From Camelus dromedarius (lineage: Eukaryota), in contig NC_087436.1 of the NCBI RefSeq assembly GCF_036321535.1, positions 28,708,001 through 28,772,000 of the forward strand: a stretch of 64,000 bases of DNA. The letters are read 5' to 3'. The number at the start of each line of letters is the position of its first letter. Positions within the stretch are counted from its first letter, which is position 1. Made by a program: the position numbers and the translations under genes. Below, piece by piece: positions 52,916-64,000 of this stretch. The notes below the pieces were generated by a model, which was not told the DNA's origin, did no database searches, and saw only the letters and a list, made by a program, of their open reading frames with translations.

Positions 52916-53975
52916 AATGGGAACAAAACAAAGGCCAATCTACTATATTATAGTTTCTGTAGGAAAATAACCATGGACACCAGAAGAGATAGAAAAAAGG
53001 CATTAGAAGAAATATTGGCTGACAAGTTTCCAATTTTGATAAAATCTTTAAATGACAAATCCATAAGACTCAGCAAATTTCAAGCACAAGAAACATAAGG
53101 AAAAATATGCTAGCACATGATAATCAAATTTGTTAAAACCACTGATAAAAAGAAAATGTTAAAAACAGCCAGAGAAAAAGAACACATTATATAGAGAAAA
53201 AAAGATGTGAAAGAAAACAGATGTCTCATTAAAAACAATGCAAGCAAGATGACAATGATACATACTTAAAGCACTGAAGAGGGAAAAAATTGTCAAACTT
53301 GTATTCTATACCCAGTGACAAGCTTTGAAAAAAGAAGGAGCAATAGAGACTCTCTATCATACAAAAACTAGAAAGTGTCATCCACAGCAGAACCACACTA
53401 CAAGGAATATTAAAAGAAGTCTTTCAGGCAGAAGAAAATGATCCCAGATTAAAATCTAGAAGTATAAAAGGAGCAATGGAAATGGTAACTAAACGAGTAA
53501 TTTTTTTTAATTTGTATATTTTAAAAAGAGAATAGCTAAACAAGTAATAACAATGAGTTGTGGGCTTTATATAAACATAATATATGACAATAATAGAATA
53601 AAGACTGGGAGAATAGACGGAAGTAGTCATCCCTCAGACCCCTGTAGATACCAAAATCTGTACATGCTCAAGTCCCTTATATAGAATGATGTAATATTTG
53701 TATATAACATATGCACATCTCCTGTATACTTTAAATCATCTCTGTATTACTTAGGATATCTAATACGAAGTAAATGCTGTGTAAATAGTTGCCAGTGTGG
53801 CAAACTCAAGTTTTGCTTTTTGAAACTTTCTGAATTTGTGCGTGTGTGTGGTTTTCAATCCACAGTTGATTGAATCCACAGGTGCAGAACCTGCGAATAC
53901 AGAGGGCCAGCTGTACACTACTGAATGGTTTTATGTGAAGTGGTATTGTATCACTTGAAGATAGATTGTGATAAA
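52916..53975 (+). mobile_element. L1 ORF1 C-terminal/inter-ORF fragment in opposite orientation
   Basis: LEEILADKFP resembles ORF1 FEEIMAENFP; aaaacagccagagaaaaaga; attctatacccagtga. Confidence 0.8.
53624..53913 (+). mobile_element. TcMar-Tigger MITE (MER2B-like) nested in L1
   Basis: tagtcatccctc...gataccaaaatc...gctcaagtcccttatata...gaatacagagggccagctg followed by TA. Confidence 0.88.
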
Positions 53976-53989
53976 AAAAAATACATTCA

Positions 53990-54650
53990 GGACTTCATGA
54001 TCTGAAGGCTTACAGAATTGCTTTATCGTGATGAAACCCTGAGTATGTCACCTTAGAACGAGTGACCATTAAACACTTAGCTAAAGTGCCAGTTTGGAAT
54101 GACACCCTAAGGAGATGGAGTGCTGTGCTCCAAGATACTTACTGTTTGTATATTAAGACATCGGATGATATATGGTGTTTTACAGCAGCTAGCAGGGAAA
54201 GACAAAATTTACATACCGGAGAGGATAATCTATCTTGATTATTATCATGCATCGCTAGTGGGCACATTGAGATTGTCTAGGACTTGAGGAGTTTACTGAG
54301 GTCCCTCCTGTTGCTTCCATGTCTGGTGAAAACATTGGGATGACAATTTTAGCAACCCCATTCTGATCTAGACATTAAAACTAAGGGCTCCATTCCCTCA
54401 GGAATTGAAACTGGATGACTTCACCACGTGTGCAAGCGACCTAGGGAAGCTGAAATATGCTTGAGGCTGATGTAAGCAGAATATCAGTGGTAGAGAACGT
54501 TGATGAGACGATCAATTACCATCTCAAGACAACTACAGGGTTTAGACAATATTTGTTCCACTAATCCTCTAGTCTTAAATCTTTTTAGAATGTAGTAAGA
54601 CACCATGCTAAGCGCACCTAATGTGGACATGAGATAATTTGAGTGGAATT
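53990..54650 (+). mobile_element. Decayed ERVL internal region (integrase end, ERV3-16A3-like)
   Basis: gtgccagtttggaatgacaccctaaggagatggagtgctgtgctccaagat...atatggtg resembles ERVL pol; directly precedes an LTR16-like LTR. Confidence 0.6.
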
Positions 54651-54655
54651 ATTTC

Positions 54656-55154
54656 TGTGTCAGGTGGTTATACTGCCCTGGTCCACAAATTCTTAGTCCA
54701 TTACTAATTCTAGCTGGACCTGTAGTGAACAGTACCTGCATAACTTAGCAGCATTTGATTTCAAGGCTCTGACACCACTTTTAAAATTTCTGCCTCTTTC
54801 TCCCCAACTTACAGGAACATGAGACAACCCAGAAGTGTGAGAGATTAAAATACTAAGCAAAATATTTATCTATTGGAGTTCAGAAACTAGTAGATAAATG
54901 TGCCATACCTCATTCTTTTGTAGGTACAGAAATGATGCAGATTTAGAATTATTTTTTGGAAGATCACAGTAAGATCTAAATCCAGTTTCTCAAAGCAGTC
55001 CAGATCAGCAGCTCATCCTTTATTGGTGTGCTTTTCTTTTTTTTTTTTTTTTTTTTGTCTCACTCTTCCAACTCCCTCTTTTCTTAGGATTACCTTTGGA
55101 ATAAATCAGTTACATGCACTTATGCCCTGGTTTCATGGGAACCCAAACCAAGAC
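54656..55154 (+). mobile_element. LTR16-family LTR (3' LTR of the ERVL remnant)
   Basis: End gtctcactcttcca...ggattacc...aataaa...gggaacccaaaccaagac. Confidence 0.7.
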
Positions 55155-55384
55155 CCCATGCCTCTGAGGTGCATCAAGTTTTTTTCTGTTTAATATTTTA
55201 GTTCATCTTTTCCTTCTCATTCTTACTCTGTAGTTTGTTACTTATTGAAAATATACATTAGAATCATGGGATCAGAATATAATTATTTTTAAGTTTCTTA
55301 TCATGAACTTACACTCTGCTTTTCAAAACATGTACCAATTTACATAGCAACCAGCAATGTATGGAGTTACTTCTTCATAATTTT

Positions 55385-55461
55385 AAAAATTATTTATTTA
55401 TTTATTTTTATTGAAGTACAGTCAGTTACAATGTGTCAATTTCTGGTGTACAGCACAATGT
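55385..55461 (-). mobile_element. L1 3' tail fragment
   Basis: (TTTA)n + ttgaagtacagtcagttacaatgtgtcaatttctggtgtacagcacaatgt, antisense of 61637-61690. Confidence 0.85.
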
Positions 55462-56409
55462 CTTCTTAACTGAAAAAATTTCGCATTCTGATGTTGATAG
55501 AGTTAGTATGATTTTGTTAGATTAAGAAAGGGTCTATATGCTAAATGAAGTAGCATTTGTTCTGTTTGTATTTAGAACATATTACTTTTTTATTTCTAAT
55601 ACACTTAACAAATATAGTTTCTATTCTGATCTAATTATGCAGAAATCTAGAAAAATTTGAGTAATATATAGTTCTGTAATTCTGATTATCGTGTGCAGGC
55701 AATTCTACTGCTTTATTCTGGGGTTACATAATTTATTTCCTTACTTGTATTCTGCTAGATCACTAGTAAGATAAGGCTCTCCTTTCAACGAAATATTTTT
55801 GCTAGATCATTTCAAATATGTAATCTTAAAAAACTAGACACATAAGCTATTATTTAACAAAATTAAATATTATTACAATAACATTTTGTATGTCTCATGC
55901 AATGTTACACATGACTAATAAAGCAACCTCAGTAATCTGTTGAAATATTTTTTAGTTGATTGACAGAAATGTGAACTGTCAGATGCTTGTTCTCATATAC
56001 TAGTAATAAACACACTGTCATCATAAAAGAAGATTAATGTTTGATCTGTACTTTGAGATCATCTTGTTATTTCTGGTGCAGTTACGCTTTTTAAAATAAA
56101 TAAGTTCATGTTCACTTTGTGTCCTTATTGCATGTGTTTCTGGTTCTATTTCGCCTTTATTTTAGATGTGTGTAGGTTTTCTTTTTTTAATACCATAAGT
56201 TATTTGAGGGAGTTATATATTGGGAACCTCCCAAACCAGTGTATAATGATATCAGTGTATTAAATTTAAAATAGCCATTTTGGTCAACTTTTCTTGATCA
56301 AAATAGTTTATTTTTTAAATGTTTTATCCACTCCAGTTCAAACAAGATCAAATGCTTTTGAAAGTAAGAAAAAGTTTTTATATTAAGATCCTCAGAAGTC
56401 AAAATTCTT

Positions 56410-56839
56410 TTTTTTAATTGAAGTATGGTTGACTTACAATATTAATTTCAGATGTATAATACAGTAATTCAATATTCTTATAGACTGTAGTTCATACAAA
56501 GTTATTATAAAATATGGATTATATTCCATATGCTCTACGTTACATCCTTGTAACTTATTGCTTTATATTTAGTAGTCTGTACCTCTTAATCCCTTTCAAC
56601 TGTTTTGCCATGCCCCCCCCTTTCTGGTAACCACTAGTTTATTCTCTGTATCTATGAGTCTGTTTCTGTTTTGTTATATTGGTTCATTGGTTTTATTTTT
56701 CAGATTCCACATATAAATGAAAACATATACTATTTGTCCTTCTTTGTCTGACTTACGTCACTAAGTGTAATGCCCTGCAGGTTCATCCATGTGGTCACAA
56801 ATGGCAACATTTTATTCATTTTATGGCTAAGTAATATTC

Positions 56840-56913
<74 letters not shown>

Positions 56914-57445
56914 GTATGTGTATAAAATCTTTATCCAGTCATCTGTTAATGGACACTTAGGTTGCAGGCTGCTTCCATACCTTGGTGAATATAAATGCTG
57001 CTATGAATATTGCGGTGCATATATGTTTTTGAATCAATGTTTTTATTCTCTTCAGATAAATACCCAGGAGAGGAATGTTTAGTAACTCTCTTTACTTTTT
57101 TGAGGAACCTCCATACTGTTTTCCACAGTGGCATTACCAATTTATATTCTTACCAACAGTGCTCAAACGTTTCCTTTTCTCCACATCCTCACCAACACTG
57201 TCAACAGTCATTACTTCTTGTCTTTTTGATGATAGCCATTCTGACTAGTGTGAGGTGACATCTCATTGTGGTTTTTGATTTGCATTTCCCTGATGATTAG
57301 TCATGCTGAGCATCTTTTCGTTTACCTGTTGGCGATTTGTATGTCTTCTTTGGAAAAATGCCTATTCAGGTCCTCAGCCTACTTTATAATTGGGTTCTTT
57401 TAATTTTTTTGATATTGGTTTGTATAAGTCATTTATGTATTTTAA
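56410..57445 (-). mobile_element. 5'-truncated L1 (~1.0 kb) with 14-bp TSD
   Basis: ORF2 C-terminal motif [12 protein letters not shown] (ORF 56946-57140); TSD AAGTCAAAATTCTT at 56396-56409 and 57446-57459. Confidence 0.93.
56840..56912. repeat. Compound microsatellite (CT)n(AT)n(AC)n(AT)n inside L1
   Basis: Directly visible. Confidence 0.95.
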
Positions 57446-59677
57446 AAGTCAAAATTCTTATTCAACATATTTTAAAAAGTAAGTAAATCTATTAAATATA
57501 TTGATGATGCTAGTGTATATTATGGTAATATAACTTCTTTTAATTATTTTTCAAGAAGAGTCATTAAAACTTTAATTATTAAAATAATATATAGTACTAG
57601 TACACATCTGTGACAGAAGGAGCAGAAAACCATTGGCTCTTATCTTAATTCAATAAAATAATAATATTCTCTTTTGCTAGAAAAGAAAATTTGGCTTTGT
57701 TATCTGATTGAGTACATTGGTAACAAATTATTAATTATTCATAATGATCATTTGTTATTAGTGAAATGGATATATATTTAATACATTTTGTTAATAATTA
57801 ATTATCATTTGGTATAATGAGGATTTAGATGAAGATGTTAATTACTGTTCAAAACCAGTTCAGTATTTCTTTTCTTAAATTCATACCAATATGCCTATGA
57901 ACACTTGGTTGGCTGCTTACTAGCATAATATCAGTATCATTATAATTTGCTACAAGTTGAGCCACTAACTTGAAATAAAATTAAATTAACTGAATATAAA
58001 ATTTAAACTAGAACACACAGTATCTTTATATTTATATGTAAGAACATTTAAACATGAACTATTATATTTATTATGATTTTTATGTTACCTCCATGCTACA
58101 AATGAACACTTCAAGTATGATAATCTGGTGATATTTCTGTCTCTAATTTGAAGCAATATGACAATACATAGATACTGAAAAACAAAAAGAATCAGTTCGA
58201 AGCAACTTAAAAATTAATCTAACCTTTTTAAGAGTATTTTAACAGATCTTTTAACTAGAAACATCCTGAATAATTTCAGTGATCCAAACTGTCACAGACA
58301 CTTGAGTAAATACAAATAGGAAACGCAAAATATCAGTGTAGCTGAGATATTTTCCTCTAAATCTTCAGTATTTTACTCAAATGACTGGAAGGGTATCTGA
58401 AAATTTGATGACAGGGATTTAATAAATAGTTTATCAATAATGTGCAGCAGAGATAACCACAGAAGCATCTGTTCAGGAAACAAATAACTGAATTGAACAT
58501 GTGTCCTGGAAATGGTTGATTTGGTTTAAGCCTTAAAGCAAAGGAAGAAAATCAAAGCCATTTCTGCCACCAAATTACATTACCTGGTCTACAAATACTG
58601 AAATATCTTTTAATATTTTGAAATGAATATTTTGAAGAAAATGCAGCTATGCCATTTCCAGTCAGTATGCAATTGGATTGAAAATACTGTCTTCCCTCCA
58701 GGCAATGAGACTCTGTTTTTCCTCTGTTATATGCACACTAATTCCATTAAAAACAAGAATTACTAATTTATGAGTAGATTTCTGAAGCTTGAAATTATAT
58801 CTAGTGACTTTGAAAGTTTAGAAAGTATCTTTACCAACCGTTGTTCTGTCTAAAAAATGAAATCTTAGAGTTACAATATAAGGAAAGCATATGAATACCT
58901 GGAAATGCATCCAGATTTGCTTTTCTGGTCAAGAAGCTGCATAGAAAATTGTGACTCACTAATTTCTACACTGGCAAGTGCTGCTATATTTAGTTTGGTA
59001 TTATTCCATCAATCCTGTTGAACATGAAGAAACTCTTTGTCATCATTAGAGCTACAGCTTTGGTTCATCCTCTTCTTAGAAGTATTTTAAATTAGTGTAA
59101 TCAGAATAAAACATGAAGTTCTTCTTTACAACTCAGAGAATTTGCTGAATTTGCAGAGAATTAGTTGAAGCATTTGATAGAATTTTTTTATTGGTAAATG
59201 TCACTGTTTCCTCATACAAAATGAAATCCCCAAAGAACAACTTGACTGAAAGGAGTTCATCTATGGTTTTACTTCTTGGGGATATATTTGGGGCCACACA
59301 AATGAGGACACTTTTTATTTAAGGCTCTGTGATTGCAAACTCACATGCTGCTAAGCATATAATATTTCAACATGCCCATCTGGAAATGGTGATTGTAGGC
59401 AGAAAAAGGATGTGCTTCTGAGAATTTGTCAACTTTGCTGCAAGTGGAAATCAATGGACATCTAGAATCAATACATAGTTTTGATAGTAACTTTTGTTAA
59501 TACCACTTAAAGAGGAATGTGGACTAACTGCAGCTCTGTTACTGAGGCAGAAGCACAAGCAGAACTTATCAAAGTCGACTTTCCTGATTTATGAAAAAAA
59601 GAAATTATAGAATATAATCTGAATAAAAAGATTTGAGAATAATTCTGTGCCTCTTGATTCAAGAGTTTCTCATGTGG

Positions 59678-59967
59678 ACAGACTCACTACCATAGGAAAC
59701 AAACTTATGGTTAGGGCGGGGAGGGGTTGGGGAGGGGTAAATTGGGACTTTAGAATTTGCAGATACTAACTACTACATATAAAATAGATAAACAACAAGT
59801 TTCTTCTGTGTAGCACAGGGAACTATATTCAATACCTTGTAATAGCCTATAATGAAAAAGAATATGAAAGGGAATATATGTATGTATATGTATAATTGAA
59901 TCACTGTGCTATACACCAGAAATTAATATGGCATTGTAAATCAACTACACTTCAATTTTTTTAAAAA
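59678..59967 (+). mobile_element. 5'-truncated L1 3' UTR
   Basis: acagactcac...aaacaaacttatggtta...tagcacagggaactatattcaata; degenerate TSD at 59661-59677 and 59968-59984 (14/17). Confidence 0.88.
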
Positions 59968-59979
59968 AAGAATTTCTTC

Positions 59980-60350
59980 TGTGGCAGAGACAGCTAGCTT
60001 TCCACTGAATACCAATTCTCTTTTCTTAGTTTGCTTATAATATCAGAGGCAAAAATGTACACACTCATGCCAGCCAACCAAAAACTTTTCTCCAGCCTCC
60101 GTCTCAGATAAGAGGTAGGTAACAAGATATGAACAGTTATTAAACTCCTACTTCTTCATTTTTCTTCCTGCTAGAAACCTGATGCCCAGTGCTCTTGTAG
60201 TCATATTATCATCATGAGTTTCATGTTAAGGATAGTGAAGATGGAAAGCAGGAGAAGCATATAATATTGATGATATAAATGAGAAAAAAACAAGCCTCTA
60301 TTTTACTTAAAATTATGTTTGTTAAGTCTTTATAACTGGTGCTAAATAAT
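59980..60350 (+). mobile_element. MaLR LTR (MLT1J-like)
   Basis: Starts tgtggcagagac; tccagcctcc; cttcctgctagaa; gagaaaaaaacaagcctctatttt. Confidence 0.65.
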
Positions 60351-60476
60351 AGGTTAGTATTTCTAGTCATGGGAACATTGATTCCATTTGATAAAACATA
60401 CTTTGTGAATCAGTATTTTGACATAGTTGTGACCAAACTGAGCAGTAAAACTGAATAGATGTCAAAAAATTACAGA

Positions 60477-60607
60477 GGGAGGGTATATCTCAGTGGTAGA
60501 GTGTGTGCCTAGCATCCATGCAGTCCTGGGTTCAATCCCCAGTACCTCCATTAAAAATTAAATAAATACATATACCTAATTGCCTTCCTCCCAAAAATTT
60601 TAATGTA
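60477..60607 (+). mobile_element. Vic-1-like SINE
   Basis: gggagggtatatctcagtggtagag...gggttcaatccccagtacctcc...acctaattgcc. Confidence 0.9.
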
Positions 60608-61718
60608 AGCTTTTTCACAGCAAAGGAAATCATAAGCAAAACAAAACGACAACCTACAGAATGGGAGAAAGTATTCCCAAATGATATGACTCACAGATGT
60701 TTAATTTCCAGAATATATAAACAGCTCATACAACTTAATAACAGGCAAACAAAAATAACCCAACTCAAAAATGGGCAGAAGACCTAAAAAAGCAATTCTC
60801 CAATGAAGACACACAAATGGCCAATAGGCACATGAAAAAATGCTCTATATTGCTAATTATTAGAAAAATGCAAATCAAAACTACAATGAGGTATCACCTC
60901 ACACCAGTCAGAATGGCCATCATTCAACCATGAATGATAAATGCTGGAGAGGCTGTGGAGAAAAGGGAACCCTCCTACACTGCGGGTGGGAAAGTAGTTT
61001 GGTGCAGCCATTATGGAAAACAGTATGGAGATTCCTCAGAAAACTAAAAATAGACCTACCATATGATTCAGCAATCCCACTCCTGGGCATATATCCTTAA
61101 GGAACCCTAACTCAAAAAGATACATGCACCCCAATGTTCATAGCAGCACTATATACAATAGCCAAGACATGGAAGCAACCTAAATGTCCATCAACAGATG
61201 ACTGGATAAAGAAGCTGTGATCTATTCATACAATAGAAAACTACTCTACTCAGCCATAAGAAAGAATAAAATAATGCCATTTGCAGCAACATGGATGGAC
61301 TTAGAGATCATAATTCTAAGTGAAGTAAGCCAGAAAGAGAAATAAAAATACCGTATGATATCACTTATATGTGGAATCTAAGAAAAGAAAAAAGAGGACA
61401 GTAATGAACTCATTTACAAAACAGAAACAGACTCGCAGACATAGTAAACAACCTTATGGTTACCAAGAAGGGATAAATTTGGCAGTTTGAGATCTGCAAA
61501 TGTTAGCCACTATATATAAAAAGAGATAAAAAATAAATTTCTCCTGTAGCACAGGGAACTATGTTCAATATTTTGTAATAACCTTTAAGAAAAAAGAATA
61601 TGAAAATGAATATATGCATGTATATACATAACTGGGACATTGTGCTGTACACCAGAAACTGACACATTGTAACTGACTATGCTTCAATTAAAAAAAAAAT
61701 AGAAAAGGAAAATAAATA
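60608..61718 (+). mobile_element. 5'-truncated young L1 (~1.1 kb; ORF2 C-terminus + 3' UTR)
   Basis: Translates TAKEIISKTKRQPTEWEK; atgaggtatcacctcacaccagtcagaatggcc; ends gacacattgtaactgactatgcttcaatt + poly(A). Confidence 0.95.
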
Positions 61719-61929
61719 AATGTATTTTTTAAATTATATAGCAGTTGCCATTATATATTATCCATACTGTCATCTTTCTAATTTAAATGCTACAAAAATA
61801 GTTTCATTATTGAAAAATCCCTTTGTATTAGAATTGAAGTGTATTTTGTAGGTTTTTCACACCCTTTTTTCATTTTTTACTCTGAAATTGATTCTTTATT
61901 TTTGTACTGAAACGTAAGATTGAGAGAGA

Positions 61930-62341
61930 CATGTTTGTTTGTTGGCTCAGATCAGGTTCTCACGTTATTTTCACAATGAGGAGGTTGACTAGGCAGTAAT
62001 CTTAGGATCACCTCCTGTGGAAGGAAAGGCACCAGACTGGTCAGAGGGAGAAGCGGAGCTATGATGCAGTCCTAATTTTAGCCTCAGGGGACCCCACTTG
62101 GAGCTCTGACTTGGAGATGGAAGTTCAGAGTGGTCTCTAGTTGAGGCAGGGGGGCCAGGTCTCTATGACACTGGCATTGACAGGTCTTTGGAGGTGGCCA
62201 CCCATGGAAGCTGATTTAGTTTGTGGGGGGTAGTTGTCAGCTGAGGAGGGTGTGGACAGTGGGAGGCAGTCTGCTGGCAGCACTCCATGCTGAGGTTGTA
62301 AGTCCTCTATTTCTGAATGGTCATCTGAGCAGCACATCACA
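61930..62341 (-). mobile_element. LTR16-family (LTR16C-like) solo LTR
   Basis: gactggtcagagggagaag...gatgcagtc...agcctcag...ggagctctga; ends atctgagcagcacatcaca. Confidence 0.75.
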
Positions 62342-63684
62342 GAATCACAGAAATAAAATGATTTTGTTAAAGAAATTAAATCCACACGTGACAAAAGTGC
62401 TATGCATGTGCATTGCTCTGAAGAGAAATAAATAAAACTAAGATCAGATTCTCAACTTTTTAAAACTTCTGTCTTAGAAAAAATATTTTAAAAGTGCTTA
62501 AATTTTAAAAAAAAGAGACAAAAATGCCACTCAGTTGAAAGCATAGTGTGCAAAAATACATTTTAAATAGGATTGAATTTTGGGCAAAACTGTCTTAGAT
62601 GAACTCATCTTTAGGTGAAATGACTTGAGGCTTGCTAGTAAGATGAAAGGGAGTATCTCTGCTGATTCCACATTTGCAGGTGGGTGCAACCAATCAGTAT
62701 TTTTATCCCTAAAAAGGTGAGTACCTAATAAACAATTAATTATTGCTTTTGATGAATCTTTAAGAAATGTGCTATCCTAAATCAAAATAAACATAAAAAT
62801 GACTGAAACATTATAAAGCCATGCTATACTGTGTCCTGGAGCAAGTCATTCGTATTTTTATTTCCTACATTTTTCACTTTGCAAAAATTGTTTCTTTGTC
62901 AAAGTGAGTTAATTTTGTGAAAACACTTCAGAACCCAAAGATGAAGACTGAACAAGTGCACAGTACCAGTGTTTTTCATCCTTGCTATTAGATGCCTGTT
63001 CCTCTCTATTATTTAATCTGAGAAGGAAAGGTAGCATTCCATATCCCTGCTACTACGTTAGAAATAACTGTAATAACGCCTTTCAGTGGGAGTGCTAGAT
63101 GGGCAACAACTTTATTTAATGACTAGTAATCCATAATGCATCTCCTTACAATTGCTAATGAAATTACTACAATTTGAGCCTTGAGAATGTATGGATTCAA
63201 AGTGGTGACTGTTTGCTTAAACATTCAGAAGTAGTGAAAGAGAAAAACAATTAAAAAGAAAAAAAATAGAAAAATATTTTCACCTTTTAGTTTAAAACTC
63301 CTATGACAGATGTCACCACGCCTTCTGATTTTAGAGGTGTTAAAAGGGCACATGTGATTGTCACAACCACCTACATATACTCACTAACCAGTCATGCTCT
63401 GCAATTTTTCTTTATTTAAAGTTCACTTCAATTGTTTGACAGCAAATTTCCGTGGCAAATTGAGAACTATTCATGTTCTCTACCCATTCCTTTCTAATTC
63501 TGATTCCCTTGGGGAAGTAGAAAACAAAGATCAAGACACTAATCACCAAAATGGGTGAAAAAAGACCTGAATTATTTTTCACTAGTCAATCATCTCAGCA
63601 AAACTTCCCTAGCAGTGCCTTACTACTTTTATATATGAAATAGTCTGCAAGTATATTTTAAATTTGGTGAACAGGAAAAAATTA

Positions 63685-63897
63685 TTAAAGAGATCTATGT
63701 TCCAATTCTGACTTCATTGCTTAGAACTAAATGAACACCTATGATTTAGTTATCTCCTGTGAGCTTCGTTTCACCCATTTTCAGATGAGGATGGCAGTAT
63801 CTGCTGTAGAGAACTGTTAGGAAGAGCGGATGGAACAGAATACAGAGGACTCCTAGCTGTGTGGGTCAAATGCTAACCACTTGAAAGTGTTCCTACT
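63685..63897 (+). mobile_element. MIR SINE
   Basis: gatctatgttccaattctgac...gtgagcttcgtttcacccattttcagatgaggatggcagtatct. Confidence 0.65.
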
Positions 63898-64000
63898 TTC
63901 TCTCATTTTTTACCCCTATTCATTCCTGCTTTAGTTGTTTATCTTTTGTATTTATTATACTATTTTCATGTTTGGCCCCTTGTCTCTGTCTCTCTTAACC

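Noticed and set aside
52423..53098. Cluster of ORFs on both strands
   Set aside because: Decayed L1 ORF2/ORF1 pieces around the inversion junction
56946..57258. ORFs with protein-like motifs
   Set aside because: Frameshifted L1 ORF2 C-terminus and its antisense, not host genes

Overview
AT-rich mammalian genomic DNA (intergenic or deep-intronic) with no recognisable protein-coding gene, RNA gene or prokaryote-type system. Three copies of a tRNA-derived SINE (GGGAGGGTATAGCTCAGTGGTAGAG...AACCTAATTACC-polyA, Vic-1 type) plus cetartiodactyl-type L1 3' ends point to a camelid genome (inference). A large part of the window is transposon fossils: MIR, L2, old L1M pieces, MaLR/ERVL LTRs, an ERVL integrase remnant with its LTR, Tigger and hAT-Charlie MITEs, and young 5'-truncated L1s with target-site duplications (TSDs). 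Family names come from recalled consensus sequences and need Dfam/RepeatMasker confirmation; boundaries of old repeats are approximate. Most notable: a probable L1 3' transduction (13060-13359), a SINE-L1 composite (60467-61741), an L1 with an inverted 5' arm (50450-53975), a near-solo poly(A) retro-insertion (41073-41140), a TGACA-rich repeat-poor block (15100-15800), and a 141-codon stop-free minus-strand frame just after ATG-x-x-x-TGA (16405-16845). I found no convincing evidence of a new biological system.
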